In this document: one piece after another, positions 29,301 through 37,422 of the stretch
Layout of the letters: each line of letters opens with the position of its first letter
Position numbering within the stretch: position 1 is the first letter of the stretch
IMG/VR virus record: IMGVR_UViG_3300032313_001582
Span: 1 to 64,000 of that record
Length of the DNA: 64,000 nt
Strand: one strand, 5' to 3'
Origin: a virus
Program-made: the position numbers and the translations under genes
Notes under the pieces: model-generated
Seen by the model: the letters and a program-made list of their open reading frames with translations, nothing else
What the model was told of the DNA's origin: nothing
The model's database searches: none

Positions 29301-29962
29301 CTTTGTACATTCAAAGTATATTTATTTCCGAAAATCAAAGATTAAAAGGTATTGGTAAAAAGGTTTTGAAGTATCTGAATGATTTTGCTATAAAAAATGG
29401 ACACGATGTTATGTTTGGTCATATTACACAAAAAGCATCTTTTTCAAAAGATGATTCAAGACAATCAAATTTGGATGATGTTGCTATGATTAAAAATTGG
29501 CTACAAAGTAACGGATATGAAATATGTGAGGGCAACAATGATTTTTACAAGGTCGTGAACAATCCCGACATTCGGTTTGCCAAAGGTGGTAAAACCATAT
29601 CACAAACTCCTGCACCAGCATCAGACAGAGTTTCTGGAAGCAAGACAAATCCAAAAGGTAGTGCCAGTGATTCTTCGCTGGCAAGGTCAATAAAATTCAA
29701 TGATTCTTTGTTAAAAGCGATTGAAAACAAAGTCAAAGCACATAACGAAGAATATCCATCTAAAAAAGTTACAATACCAACGGCAAAAGCAGTGGTACGA
29801 AGAGGTATGGGGGCTTATAGCAAATCACATAGACCTTTCATTACTGGTGGAGCGCCAAACTCCAGACAAGCATGGGGGTTGGCAAGGTTAAATAAGTTTT
29901 TACTTAAAAAGCGTGGTGTAAAAGTTAAAAGTGCTTATGTACAAGATGATGACTTACTCTAA
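26333..29962 (+). CDS. Polyvalent/polyprotein A: DUF5661-like, GNAT, ART, ART with PRTase insert, GNAT, DUF5824-like modules separated by xxxGG linkers
   Basis: GTEHELEH...IALDH; KFRRQGI; YHGT..GFFFA..FLNIRNP..QIK; IVDNVIGTG; QRLKGIG; VRRGMGAY..SHRP..WGLARL. Confidence 0.8.
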   Translation: MKNIFKGGMSADLSAFDVAKKWKISPIEFMPILEKGTEHELEHTDDKDVARRIALDHIVERLDYYEQLDKIEMMKKGAILEKPEIFNDITLYYEKKGNWLFAKGNFYAWLYDEKGAGAKLQNQEYDFIMFPPMGKGNPFSEKYVPPLRMIWDKSYQKKFKGINHLLGIVKGFYDEDKNQIIIDMMTTNPKFRRQGINAHIIKNLREEFGVSQDDVIFDKPTKEGKLFESSKKYENGGLIAPNGEQSNLTPELYELVRTKAFKNWFGDWENDPENASKVIDKNGEPKIVYHGTNNDFTIFDKNKLGEKNFFAESASLGFFFAGNIKTSEAYIGMNSMDWAGVQFGAYDDIINKYKPELDSINKDIQQIYEKYRKQEKDNIKKLQDEIIEKIRQTHKDLSENDLKGIFIRDMNWDEINKFAQEENNLNGNTQKLKELNDKIKSEIEAKWKVKTNANPRIISLFLNIRNPYIIDYANNKQTDLSQDIKTAIKNTNDGVIFNNLKDGDDVDDIFVVFDSEQIKLADGTNTTFDINNPDIRFAKGGDTNRNFNDKELLKRYNQGESIGFTAIAHLKAQGLIERSDGTKRKSINSFKQGGLIAPNGELSNLTPEQYNLVRTPEFKGWFGFWDLYPSGKANDYYQPNVRTIARELKQEKFSAIQEVVDFLSKQVNEEDVLIPMPSRYGYATDTQKLVEKISERTGAKVFDCLVGKKRQSIYELKKTNQDVSDFEFDFQINCEIPKARNYFIVDNVIGTGITMKNALMNVIARVGKNVSPLVYAIDLNNISKVVDENDEPLVVHHGSIIDTKFDIFDYKKADLGFHFGTKEQAKKRVESKSVLPPRKSIVNSFFLNIRVLFEMTDVGEWQYPQRYIDELMSDNIIEEKVAKQKGFLSLYRREDNAIIRDYLKSKYGSFVGFVYNNKYEGNGKSFIALSRNEIKLADGSNKTFDSDNPDIRFDKGGEIQNLIDQGEMELKVYPTTPEHANLYGFKSKNPLYIQSIFISENQRLKGIGKKVLKYLNDFAIKNGHDVMFGHITQKASFSKDDSRQSNLDDVAMIKNWLQSNGYEICEGNNDFYKVVNNPDIRFAKGGKTISQTPAPASDRVSGSKTNPKGSASDSSLARSIKFNDSLLKAIENKVKAHNEEYPSKKVTIPTAKAVVRRGMGAYSKSHRPFITGGAPNSRQAWGLARLNKFLLKKRGVKVKSAYVQDDDLL

Positions 29963-30330
29963 TGACTAAAAAACAAAAACTGGGCGATTGCTACGAAGTT
30001 GCTGGAAGGATGGCAATTTTAGGGCTTTCAAAAGCACCGAACGGAGAAAAGTTCTTAGGGAATCCTATGGTAGTCCATGGTGAAGTCGAAGGTCAGGGTA
30101 AAATCAAAGGAATACGATATGGGCATGCATGGATTGAAGATGATGTTTATGTTTATGATTTTTCAAATGGTAGAAATTTGATGTTATTAAAAGAAGTTTA
30201 TTATTATTTAGGAAAAATCATCCAAGACAAGCCAAAACTCTATAAATATACGTTCATACAAGCCAGAGAAAAGATGATTGAAACTGGTGAATACGGTCCT
30301 TGGGATTTAATAACGGAATCAGGTCTTTAA
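29962..30330 (+). CDS. Minimal transglutaminase-like (Cys-His-Asp) peptidase
   Basis: GDCYE...GHAWIE...VYDFS; TAATG coupling to polyprotein A. Confidence 0.7.
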   Translation: MTKKQKLGDCYEVAGRMAILGLSKAPNGEKFLGNPMVVHGEVEGQGKIKGIRYGHAWIEDDVYVYDFSNGRNLMLLKEVYYYLGKIIQDKPKLYKYTFIQAREKMIETGEYGPWDLITESGL

Positions 30331-30356
30331 TTTATATCTTTGTTAAGTATTACATT

Positions 30357-32912
30357 ATGAATCAAGTATCTTTTACAAATACAGACGAAATAGGGACACC
30401 AAACAAGCCTTTAGACTCTTTTAAAGAAGGGGGCGAGATTAAACACATTTCGGGTGAAGCAGGTGGTTATTTGGTTGGTAAACGACACTCTGAGGGTGGA
30501 ATAAAAGCCATCAACAAAAGCACTGGTCAACCCTTGGAAATGGAGGGAGGTGAAGTCGTTATCACTCGTAATGCAGTGAGTGACACACAGAAATACGAAT
30601 TTGAAGGAGAGATGCTTACAAATCGCGAGATTTTAAGCAAGATTAATGAAGGAGGCGGTGGGGTGGCTTTTGCTGATGGTGGCGAAGTTTGTCATGTCTG
30701 TGATGCCGAGTATAATTACAAGGGTAAAAAGATGAAAGATTCAGAAATCTTCCGTGAAATGGCACTTGGTGGAGAGGTTGATGATATTTTAGATGCAGTG
30801 GATGATTTGACTTTTGAAGATTTGGATTCAAAATTTGATGACGAAACAGATGCGACTTTAGAAGCAATAAATACTATCGTTAATCAAAATAGTGGGAAAG
30901 ATTATTGTTTTAAAGGCAAAAAAAATACACCTTATGATGGCAAATATTTCTTTACCAAAGTAATAGATGCAGATATTGATGAGGCATATTTTGAGGAAGT
31001 TTTTGTAGAAAACCCAGAATATTTTACAATTAAAAGTAAAGACATAGTAGATAATTTTACTATCTTACCTAAAGGTTTTGAAATTTATGTGAACTGGTTT
31101 GAACACATCGCATATAAACAGATAGGCAATTTTCAAAGTTTTACTTATGGTAGCCCAACAGGATTAAACGCGACCTTCGATAACCCAAAAGGTTTATTTA
31201 ATGTTGATACCAATGAGTGTATTGTAATAACAGAGGAAAACAGGCAATTTTTAACTACAAATAATCCAGAAGTCAGTCCTGAAACTACAAATCAAGAAAT
31301 TTTGAACTATGTAGAATATTGGAAAACTTTGTTGCCAAGCACTTTTAATGCTTTTGATAAATTCGAGAATCGTTTTAAGGATGCAAAATTTTTCAGAGCC
31401 TACGCAGTAATTCATAGACAAAGTATTTCCAGTCCAATACAATTAAAGTATTTCATGGTTTATGGAAAAATGACAGTAAAAGGTAGTGCGTTGGTAAAGA
31501 TTTACACCTTTAATTTGAGAGATGATGAAAAAAGAGTATGGATGGTTGATACTAATACCCCTTTTGACGATTTCTTAAAAAGGTCTGACAATTTTTCTAA
31601 TTTATACAATTTAGATATTGTTATTGGATATAAAGATTGCTACAACAATATTAAACTTAGTTATATCCTAAATTCTGAAATACCCATCAAAATTAAAAAT
31701 TCAGACTTTAGTAATTCACAATCTTTTTTGAGTTATCTAAGTACAGGAGATAATGAATTTGCATATAAATTTGTGAATAAAGGAAGTGAAAAGACTATTG
31801 TTATTGATGGGTTAGAAGACCCCAAAATGGACGATTTAATTATCGATTTTAATCAAGTAAATACAGAGCAAGAAAGAAAATACATTGAGAGTAGGATACG
31901 AGAATTAGGATTAAAGATAAAATTGTTTCGTGCATCGATGAGTTTAGAAGAGTTTGGTGCAGTTCAAAGAGAGTTAAGAAAGTATGTAACATATCTTCAA
32001 GATTCATATTTAAGAGAAAAAAATTCAAATCCCCTTAGTTTTTTTGAACGTATAAAAGATGCTATCAAGGTTGATTTTGGAAATATTGATGCTAAGTATC
32101 CACTGACAAAAAATCTTTCTATCAATGGTTTATCCAGTCAACTAACCGAGCAAGAATGGTTGACAGTTCGAAGTGAAGATTTCAAAATTTGGTTTGGAGA
32201 TTGGGAAACTGCATACTACGACCAAAATTACTCTGGAGTTAGTGTAATCATTGACGATGCAACCAAAGAACCTATGCCCGTTTATCATGGTACAAATGTC
32301 AAATTTGTAGACTGGAAAACATACGAAAGTAATAACCTTCATTATTTCGCCAAGAAACGAGAAATGAGCGAATGGTTTGCCAAAGCATGGAAGATGGGTC
32401 GTGATGACAAGGCAGGTATAGAGAGTGCCCAAATTAAGCAAGGCAATCCATTTCAAGGAGAGTATTTGTATCGGGTATTTTTAAATATCAAGAACCCGAT
32501 TGATTTCAGTCCTTTTGGAGTCGATAAAGTAAAATTAGCCGATTTAGTTGCCTACCTAAAAATTAAGTATGGTGTGGGGGATTACGATTTATGGTCTAAC
32601 AACGATTACTTTAAGAAAGGAACTGTAACCATGGAATCCAAAGTATTTACATGGCAAATTATTCGTTTGTGGCAGAATTTTAATACCTACATAAGAGAAT
32701 TTACACCTTACGATGGGTTCATTTTTTATGAGTATATTCCAAGTAAAGCGAATTCTGGAAACATTGAAGATGCATCTTTGTCTTTCTGTGCTTTCAGAAC
32801 CGAGCAAATTAAGTTTCATGATGCCGTATCGTTTTCACCTGAAGTAAGTGATAGTCGATTTGCTTTGGGTGGTAAGGTAATTACTAAAAAGAAGAGAAGA
32901 AAAACCAAATAA
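30357..32912 (+). CDS. Polyvalent/polyprotein B with a C-terminal ART-like module
   Basis: Probable start MNQVSF after a TATCTTTG box; FKEGG, FADGG, MALGG and FALGG linkers; FKIWFGDW..YHGT..FLNIKNP..YDG..EQIK. Confidence 0.78.
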   Translation: MNQVSFTNTDEIGTPNKPLDSFKEGGEIKHISGEAGGYLVGKRHSEGGIKAINKSTGQPLEMEGGEVVITRNAVSDTQKYEFEGEMLTNREILSKINEGGGGVAFADGGEVCHVCDAEYNYKGKKMKDSEIFREMALGGEVDDILDAVDDLTFEDLDSKFDDETDATLEAINTIVNQNSGKDYCFKGKKNTPYDGKYFFTKVIDADIDEAYFEEVFVENPEYFTIKSKDIVDNFTILPKGFEIYVNWFEHIAYKQIGNFQSFTYGSPTGLNATFDNPKGLFNVDTNECIVITEENRQFLTTNNPEVSPETTNQEILNYVEYWKTLLPSTFNAFDKFENRFKDAKFFRAYAVIHRQSISSPIQLKYFMVYGKMTVKGSALVKIYTFNLRDDEKRVWMVDTNTPFDDFLKRSDNFSNLYNLDIVIGYKDCYNNIKLSYILNSEIPIKIKNSDFSNSQSFLSYLSTGDNEFAYKFVNKGSEKTIVIDGLEDPKMDDLIIDFNQVNTEQERKYIESRIRELGLKIKLFRASMSLEEFGAVQRELRKYVTYLQDSYLREKNSNPLSFFERIKDAIKVDFGNIDAKYPLTKNLSINGLSSQLTEQEWLTVRSEDFKIWFGDWETAYYDQNYSGVSVIIDDATKEPMPVYHGTNVKFVDWKTYESNNLHYFAKKREMSEWFAKAWKMGRDDKAGIESAQIKQGNPFQGEYLYRVFLNIKNPIDFSPFGVDKVKLADLVAYLKIKYGVGDYDLWSNNDYFKKGTVTMESKVFTWQIIRLWQNFNTYIREFTPYDGFIFYEYIPSKANSGNIEDASLSFCAFRTEQIKFHDAVSFSPEVSDSRFALGGKVITKKKRRKTK

Positions 32913-32928
32913 TTATATTTGCATATTA

Positions 32929-34560
32929 ATGAAACCACGACCAAAAAATAAAAGAAGTAAGATGAATTTTATCGGTGACTCTGTAAGTAAAGCGGAGTTC
33001 CAGAAAATCGCACAATCTCTTCAGGGAATGGAAGGGGACATTTTTGATAAAGTACAAGAATTTATCAAACAAACCAGTCCTGCAAAAGAATCGTTATTAG
33101 AAAAAATTCAATCAAAAATGGAAACTGCTGGTTTTGTACCAGCATTTTTAGATGGTAATTTTAAATCTGAGTATGTAGATTTTCAAGTTGAAATTCTAAA
33201 TCCAGCATCATCAGGAATCATCATCAGTGCTAAAAACTTAAAATACAATTTGAGTTTTGTAATTGGACTGACTGGAGATATTCAAATGGATAGTAGTAAT
33301 CAGGACAATCTAACTTTACGCAGTATTGATTGTACGATTGTTTATACGTTCCAGAGTGATAATGAAAATGTTAATGATTCTGAAGTACTTATTAATTTAA
33401 ATAAATTAGAATTATCAAGAGCAATGAATCAGTTAGAGTCGATTTATGAGAAGATGGCAAAATTGTATAATGATTCTTTGTTAAAAGAAATACAAAAAGA
33501 AATCAAAGAAGAGAAAGAGCAAGAAAAACAAAAAGATAAGCCGAAACAAGAAGAGCAAGAAGCAGATGACCAGCGTGATGAAGAGGAAGAAGATGGTAAT
33601 GACGAAGACGGAGAGGATGGCGAGGACGGGGAAGATGGAGAAGATGGTGATGGTGAAGACGGAGAAGATGGTGAAGACGGAGAAGATGGTGAGGGCGGAG
33701 AAGATGGTGAAGACGGGGAAGATGGAGAAGACGGAGAAGATGGTGAAGACGGGGAAGATGGAGAAGACGGAGAAGATGGTGAGGACGGAGAAGATGGTGA
33801 AGATGGCGATGGTGAAGATGGTGAAGATGGCGATGGTGAAGATGGAGAAGATGGAGATGGTGATGGCGAAGATGGAGAAGATGGTGATGGCGAAGACGGA
33901 GAAGATGGTGAAGACGGAGATGATGGAGATGGTGATGGCGAAGACGGAGAAGATGGTGAAGATGGCGATGGTGAAGATGGAGAAGATGGAGATGGTGATG
34001 GCGAAGACGGAGAAGATGGTGATGGCGAAGACGGAGAAGATGGTGATGGCGATGGCGATGGCGAAGATGGAGATGGGGATGGTGATGGTGATGACCTAAC
34101 CGATGAAGAAATTGACCGACTAATCAAAAGTCTAACTCAAAGCGAAGGTCAAAGTCAAACTGAAGGCGGAGATTTTGAAGACTTTTTGGACAAGGTGAAC
34201 AAAGGTGAACTTGAAAACGATTTTACTGAAAATTACAACGACCCAAGTTTGACAAGCCCACAGACAGAAACCGATGATGAAGAGAATCAAGAAGATGAAG
34301 ATGATTCTGGTGATGAAATGCCTAAAGAAATTACTGGTACACTACAAGCCCTTGCCATGTTCAGTAAATTTGATAGTCAAGAAAATTTCTTAGAATCGCT
34401 TCAAGGAAGTAAAACAACATTGAATGCATTAATAAATGGATTAACAAACGAAGAGGTCAGAGCGATTAAAACGCTTTTAGGTAAGCCAGAAATGACTAAA
34501 TTCGACTTAAAATTTCAAGCAAATCAAGATTTTGATATTATAACAACCAATCAGCCATGA
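32929..34560 (+). CDS. Protein with a long acidic (GED)n tract
   Basis: 543-aa ORF after a TATATTTG box; ATGA overlap with the AAA gene. Confidence 0.8.
   Translation: MKPRPKNKRSKMNFIGDSVSKAEFQKIAQSLQGMEGDIFDKVQEFIKQTSPAKESLLEKIQSKMETAGFVPAFLDGNFKSEYVDFQVEILNPASSGIIISAKNLKYNLSFVIGLTGDIQMDSSNQDNLTLRSIDCTIVYTFQSDNENVNDSEVLINLNKLELSRAMNQLESIYEKMAKLYNDSLLKEIQKEIKEEKEQEKQKDKPKQEEQEADDQRDEEEEDGNDEDGEDGEDGEDGEDGDGEDGEDGEDGEDGEGGEDGEDGEDGEDGEDGEDGEDGEDGEDGEDGEDGEDGDGEDGEDGDGEDGEDGDGDGEDGEDGDGEDGEDGEDGDDGDGDGEDGEDGEDGDGEDGEDGDGDGEDGEDGDGEDGEDGDGDGDGEDGDGDGDGDDLTDEEIDRLIKSLTQSEGQSQTEGGDFEDFLDKVNKGELENDFTENYNDPSLTSPQTETDDEENQEDEDDSGDEMPKEITGTLQALAMFSKFDSQENFLESLQGSKTTLNALINGLTNEEVRAIKTLLGKPEMTKFDLKFQANQDFDIITTNQP
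33601..34095 (+). repeat. Imperfect 9-bp tandem repeat GGN-GAR-GAY encoding (Gly-Glu-Asp)n with GD interruptions
   Basis: About 165 codons almost exclusively G, E or D. Confidence 0.95.
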
Positions 34561-35924
34561 GCAGAAAAACAGATTTATTAGACATCATTAACGACCCAGC
34601 AGTGTCTGAGGTTATCAAAGATGATGCTCGTCAACAAATTAAAGAATTAGAAATCGCAGAAGCAGGTCAAAACCCAAGCGTTGATGCCGATATTAACTTT
34701 GCTATTACGGAATTGAAAAAAGCCTTAGAGCAAAGTAGAACTGGAGGCGAAGTTGACAAATCAGAAGTAGAAGACATTGTTAACCAAGAATTAAAACGAT
34801 TCAAGGTAGGGATTAAAAACCTCGATACATCTGTAAAAGACTTGATTTCAACTACTCAAACCATTCAAGTGGTAAACTGGCAGGATGTCAAAGTTATGCT
34901 TGATGGGAAAGGCAAGCCGAGGAGAATTTTTGATGTTATATTGTCGGACTTTGAAGCAGGTAACAACGTATACCTTTACGGAGGTGCTGGTACTGGTAAA
35001 ACATTTATCGTAGGAGAAATCGCTGATTCTATCAACTATAAACTCATTACAATCAACTGTAACCAATTTACCAGTCCTTTGGATATTTTGGGTGGTCAAA
35101 CCATTGAAGGGTATCAAGAAGGTCGACTATCTGAAGCATGGGGTAACTTGTTCATGCCTGAAATCAATCCGAAAAATGGTCAACCATATTCTGGAGCATT
35201 GTTGCTTTTGGATGAGTTGCCAAAAATTGACCCAAATACGGCTGGTTTGCTGAATGATGGTTTGTCTAAAGTAAAAGACCCATTAAAAGAAAAAGATGGT
35301 AAGATTTTCGGTCCTACCATTACTAATGGTCGCGGTAAAGCAATTAGCAAAAAAAACATCTTTATCGTTGCTACTGGTAATAGTAAATTGAATGAAGCAG
35401 ACAAAGACTACGAAGCCAACTTCAAGCAGGATTTGTCTTTGCAAGACCGATTTGCAGGTTCGACTTATGAATTGATTATTGACCCAGCATACGAGTTAAA
35501 AAACATCATGAGTGGAATTAATGTTCAAGGTCAAGTGGCTGATTTTGTTTTTATTTTTAATTTCCTTTTCAAATTAAGAACTGCCATTCAAGAGAATAAC
35601 TATTCTTCCAGAGCGTTTGTTTCAACTCGTTCTATGGTGTCTTTTAGAGATACATATATTGCTTTTCGTTTGAATGAAACGATGGGTGAAAAGCAGATTC
35701 CAAGACCAAAAACTTTGCAAATCGCGGTGACATCATTTATGGACTTGTTTACCGAAGACCAAAGAGTTGTTTTGTCCCAAGCAGTTGATTTGCCCCAATT
35801 TATGACTTTAATTGATGTCAAAAATAAAATGCCCTTGACAGAGTTGACAACAGACATAGATAAACAAGAAGCACAAGCCTTAATTCAAGCGTTTGATTTG
35901 AAAAATGCGAATAAGATTCGTTAA
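34557..35924 (+). CDS. MoxR/CbbQ-type (AAA_5-like) AAA+ ATPase
   Basis: GGAGTGKT, LLLLDE, ATGNS, DRF, STR sensor-2. Confidence 0.9.
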   Translation: MSRKTDLLDIINDPAVSEVIKDDARQQIKELEIAEAGQNPSVDADINFAITELKKALEQSRTGGEVDKSEVEDIVNQELKRFKVGIKNLDTSVKDLISTTQTIQVVNWQDVKVMLDGKGKPRRIFDVILSDFEAGNNVYLYGGAGTGKTFIVGEIADSINYKLITINCNQFTSPLDILGGQTIEGYQEGRLSEAWGNLFMPEINPKNGQPYSGALLLLDELPKIDPNTAGLLNDGLSKVKDPLKEKDGKIFGPTITNGRGKAISKKNIFIVATGNSKLNEADKDYEANFKQDLSLQDRFAGSTYELIIDPAYELKNIMSGINVQGQVADFVFIFNFLFKLRTAIQENNYSSRAFVSTRSMVSFRDTYIAFRLNETMGEKQIPRPKTLQIAVTSFMDLFTEDQRVVLSQAVDLPQFMTLIDVKNKMPLTELTTDIDKQEAQALIQAFDLKNANKIR

Positions 35925-37420
35925 TGAGCAAGAAGTACATCATAAGTTATGGTCTTGATGCAAATAAATTCATCAAAGAAGGCACTGAAATAGCCCGAAG
36001 GGAAGGGGTATTTCAAGCAGGTGATGAAGGACAAGCAAGAAGTGATAGTGATTTAGATGATGTAGGTGCAAACTGGTGGGGTTACAAGCCAAATGATGCA
36101 AAAAGTTTTGACGACCAAATGTCTTTGGACAATGTTCTGGTTTCTTTTTTAAACCAAGGTTTACTTACCAGAGCAGATGAACTTTATGACCAACTTTTAA
36201 GCACTATTGATTTAGGTGGTGATTTGAAACAACAAAGAATCATTTTCACCAGCCAACCCATAGGAATATTTTCATTTGCTCAAGCCAGTAAAGGATTAAT
36301 AAGGTCTTTAGAGTTTTATTGCCCATCTGAAAATAGAATTATACCTCCAGATTTAGTTTTTCAAGGTGATTTAGGCGGTAAAAATTACTATTATTTTGAA
36401 GGTAAAGAAGCAGAAGAAATTTTGGTTGAAAGAAGACAAGAAGGAACAACTGCAATTTTAGCCAAATGTCCTTATGCCAAGGCACAACTTAATTATGATT
36501 CTGGGATGGTGTTGCCATACGACACAGAAGGTAATATCATAAACTTCTATCAAGATTTGAAATTGAGGTATTCATCTACGACCAAAAAAGTTTATCAAAT
36601 TAGGGAAAAGAAAGGCGGTGGTTATGCACCTTATGTTGATTTGTACACGCCTTTGGGGGCTGACAATCGTTTTGGTACTGAAGCGATGTTGGTTCAAGCA
36701 CTTCCAATGATTTTATTGGCTCGCGTTCTGGAAAGAGCAGGGGTAAGAACACGGGTGTTTGCTACAAGTTTTATGAAAAGCAGAACAGATAATTTTATGG
36801 TTTCGCCTATTTTAGTAAAAGAGTATGGTTCTCCATTGGATTTAAATAAGTTAGCCATTTTTACATCCGATAAACGTCTTTTTAGATTTCATATATTTAA
36901 TTCGTTATTAGGATGGTTTGTTGAAAATGGTGATTTAAGAACTACGCATTATCAAACATACGGAGTATATAATAACGATATATATGCATTAATGCCTCGT
37001 GTGAAAAATTATTACCAATATCAAATGGAAAAAGGTACTATGCCTAAAACAAACATTGATAAAGGGCTTATGATTTTTGGTGGAACTCCAGCCAATCCCA
37101 GCGACAAATTAAGTAGTCCAGCAGTTCAGGAAAAAATCATCAATGAATTTTATCGAATTAGTGATTATGTTTCTTTAATGATGAGTAAAAAACCAGATGG
37201 GGTTATAAAAAAAATATTTGAGAGAGAAGCAGAACGTAAAATTCCCAAATCCGAAGTAATTCAAACTCTCAGAAATACAATTACCCAAATTTTAGCCCCA
37301 GTAAGAAGACCTGCAAATCCAACGGAAGACGATTTGATGCTGACTGACTCGGATAAAGATTTTAAACAACAAGACGAAAAAAGAGCAGAACTCTTGGAAT
37401 TAATTAACAGATACTCATAG
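35924..37420 (+). CDS. Putative degenerate VWA-like partner of the AAA ATPase
   Basis: Position after a MoxR gene; LERAGVRTRV...VKEYGSPLDLNKLA....FR; no clear MIDAS motif. Confidence 0.5.
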   Translation: MSKKYIISYGLDANKFIKEGTEIARREGVFQAGDEGQARSDSDLDDVGANWWGYKPNDAKSFDDQMSLDNVLVSFLNQGLLTRADELYDQLLSTIDLGGDLKQQRIIFTSQPIGIFSFAQASKGLIRSLEFYCPSENRIIPPDLVFQGDLGGKNYYYFEGKEAEEILVERRQEGTTAILAKCPYAKAQLNYDSGMVLPYDTEGNIINFYQDLKLRYSSTTKKVYQIREKKGGGYAPYVDLYTPLGADNRFGTEAMLVQALPMILLARVLERAGVRTRVFATSFMKSRTDNFMVSPILVKEYGSPLDLNKLAIFTSDKRLFRFHIFNSLLGWFVENGDLRTTHYQTYGVYNNDIYALMPRVKNYYQYQMEKGTMPKTNIDKGLMIFGGTPANPSDKLSSPAVQEKIINEFYRISDYVSLMMSKKPDGVIKKIFEREAERKIPKSEVIQTLRNTITQILAPVRRPANPTEDDLMLTDSDKDFKQQDEKRAELLELINRYS

Positions 37421-37422
37421 AC

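Noticed and set aside
33444-34127. Minus-strand Ser/Pro-repeat ORF and plus-strand alternative-frame MVKTEK ORF (33566-34099)
   Set aside because: Both are shadows of the (GED)n repeat, which lacks stop codons in those frames
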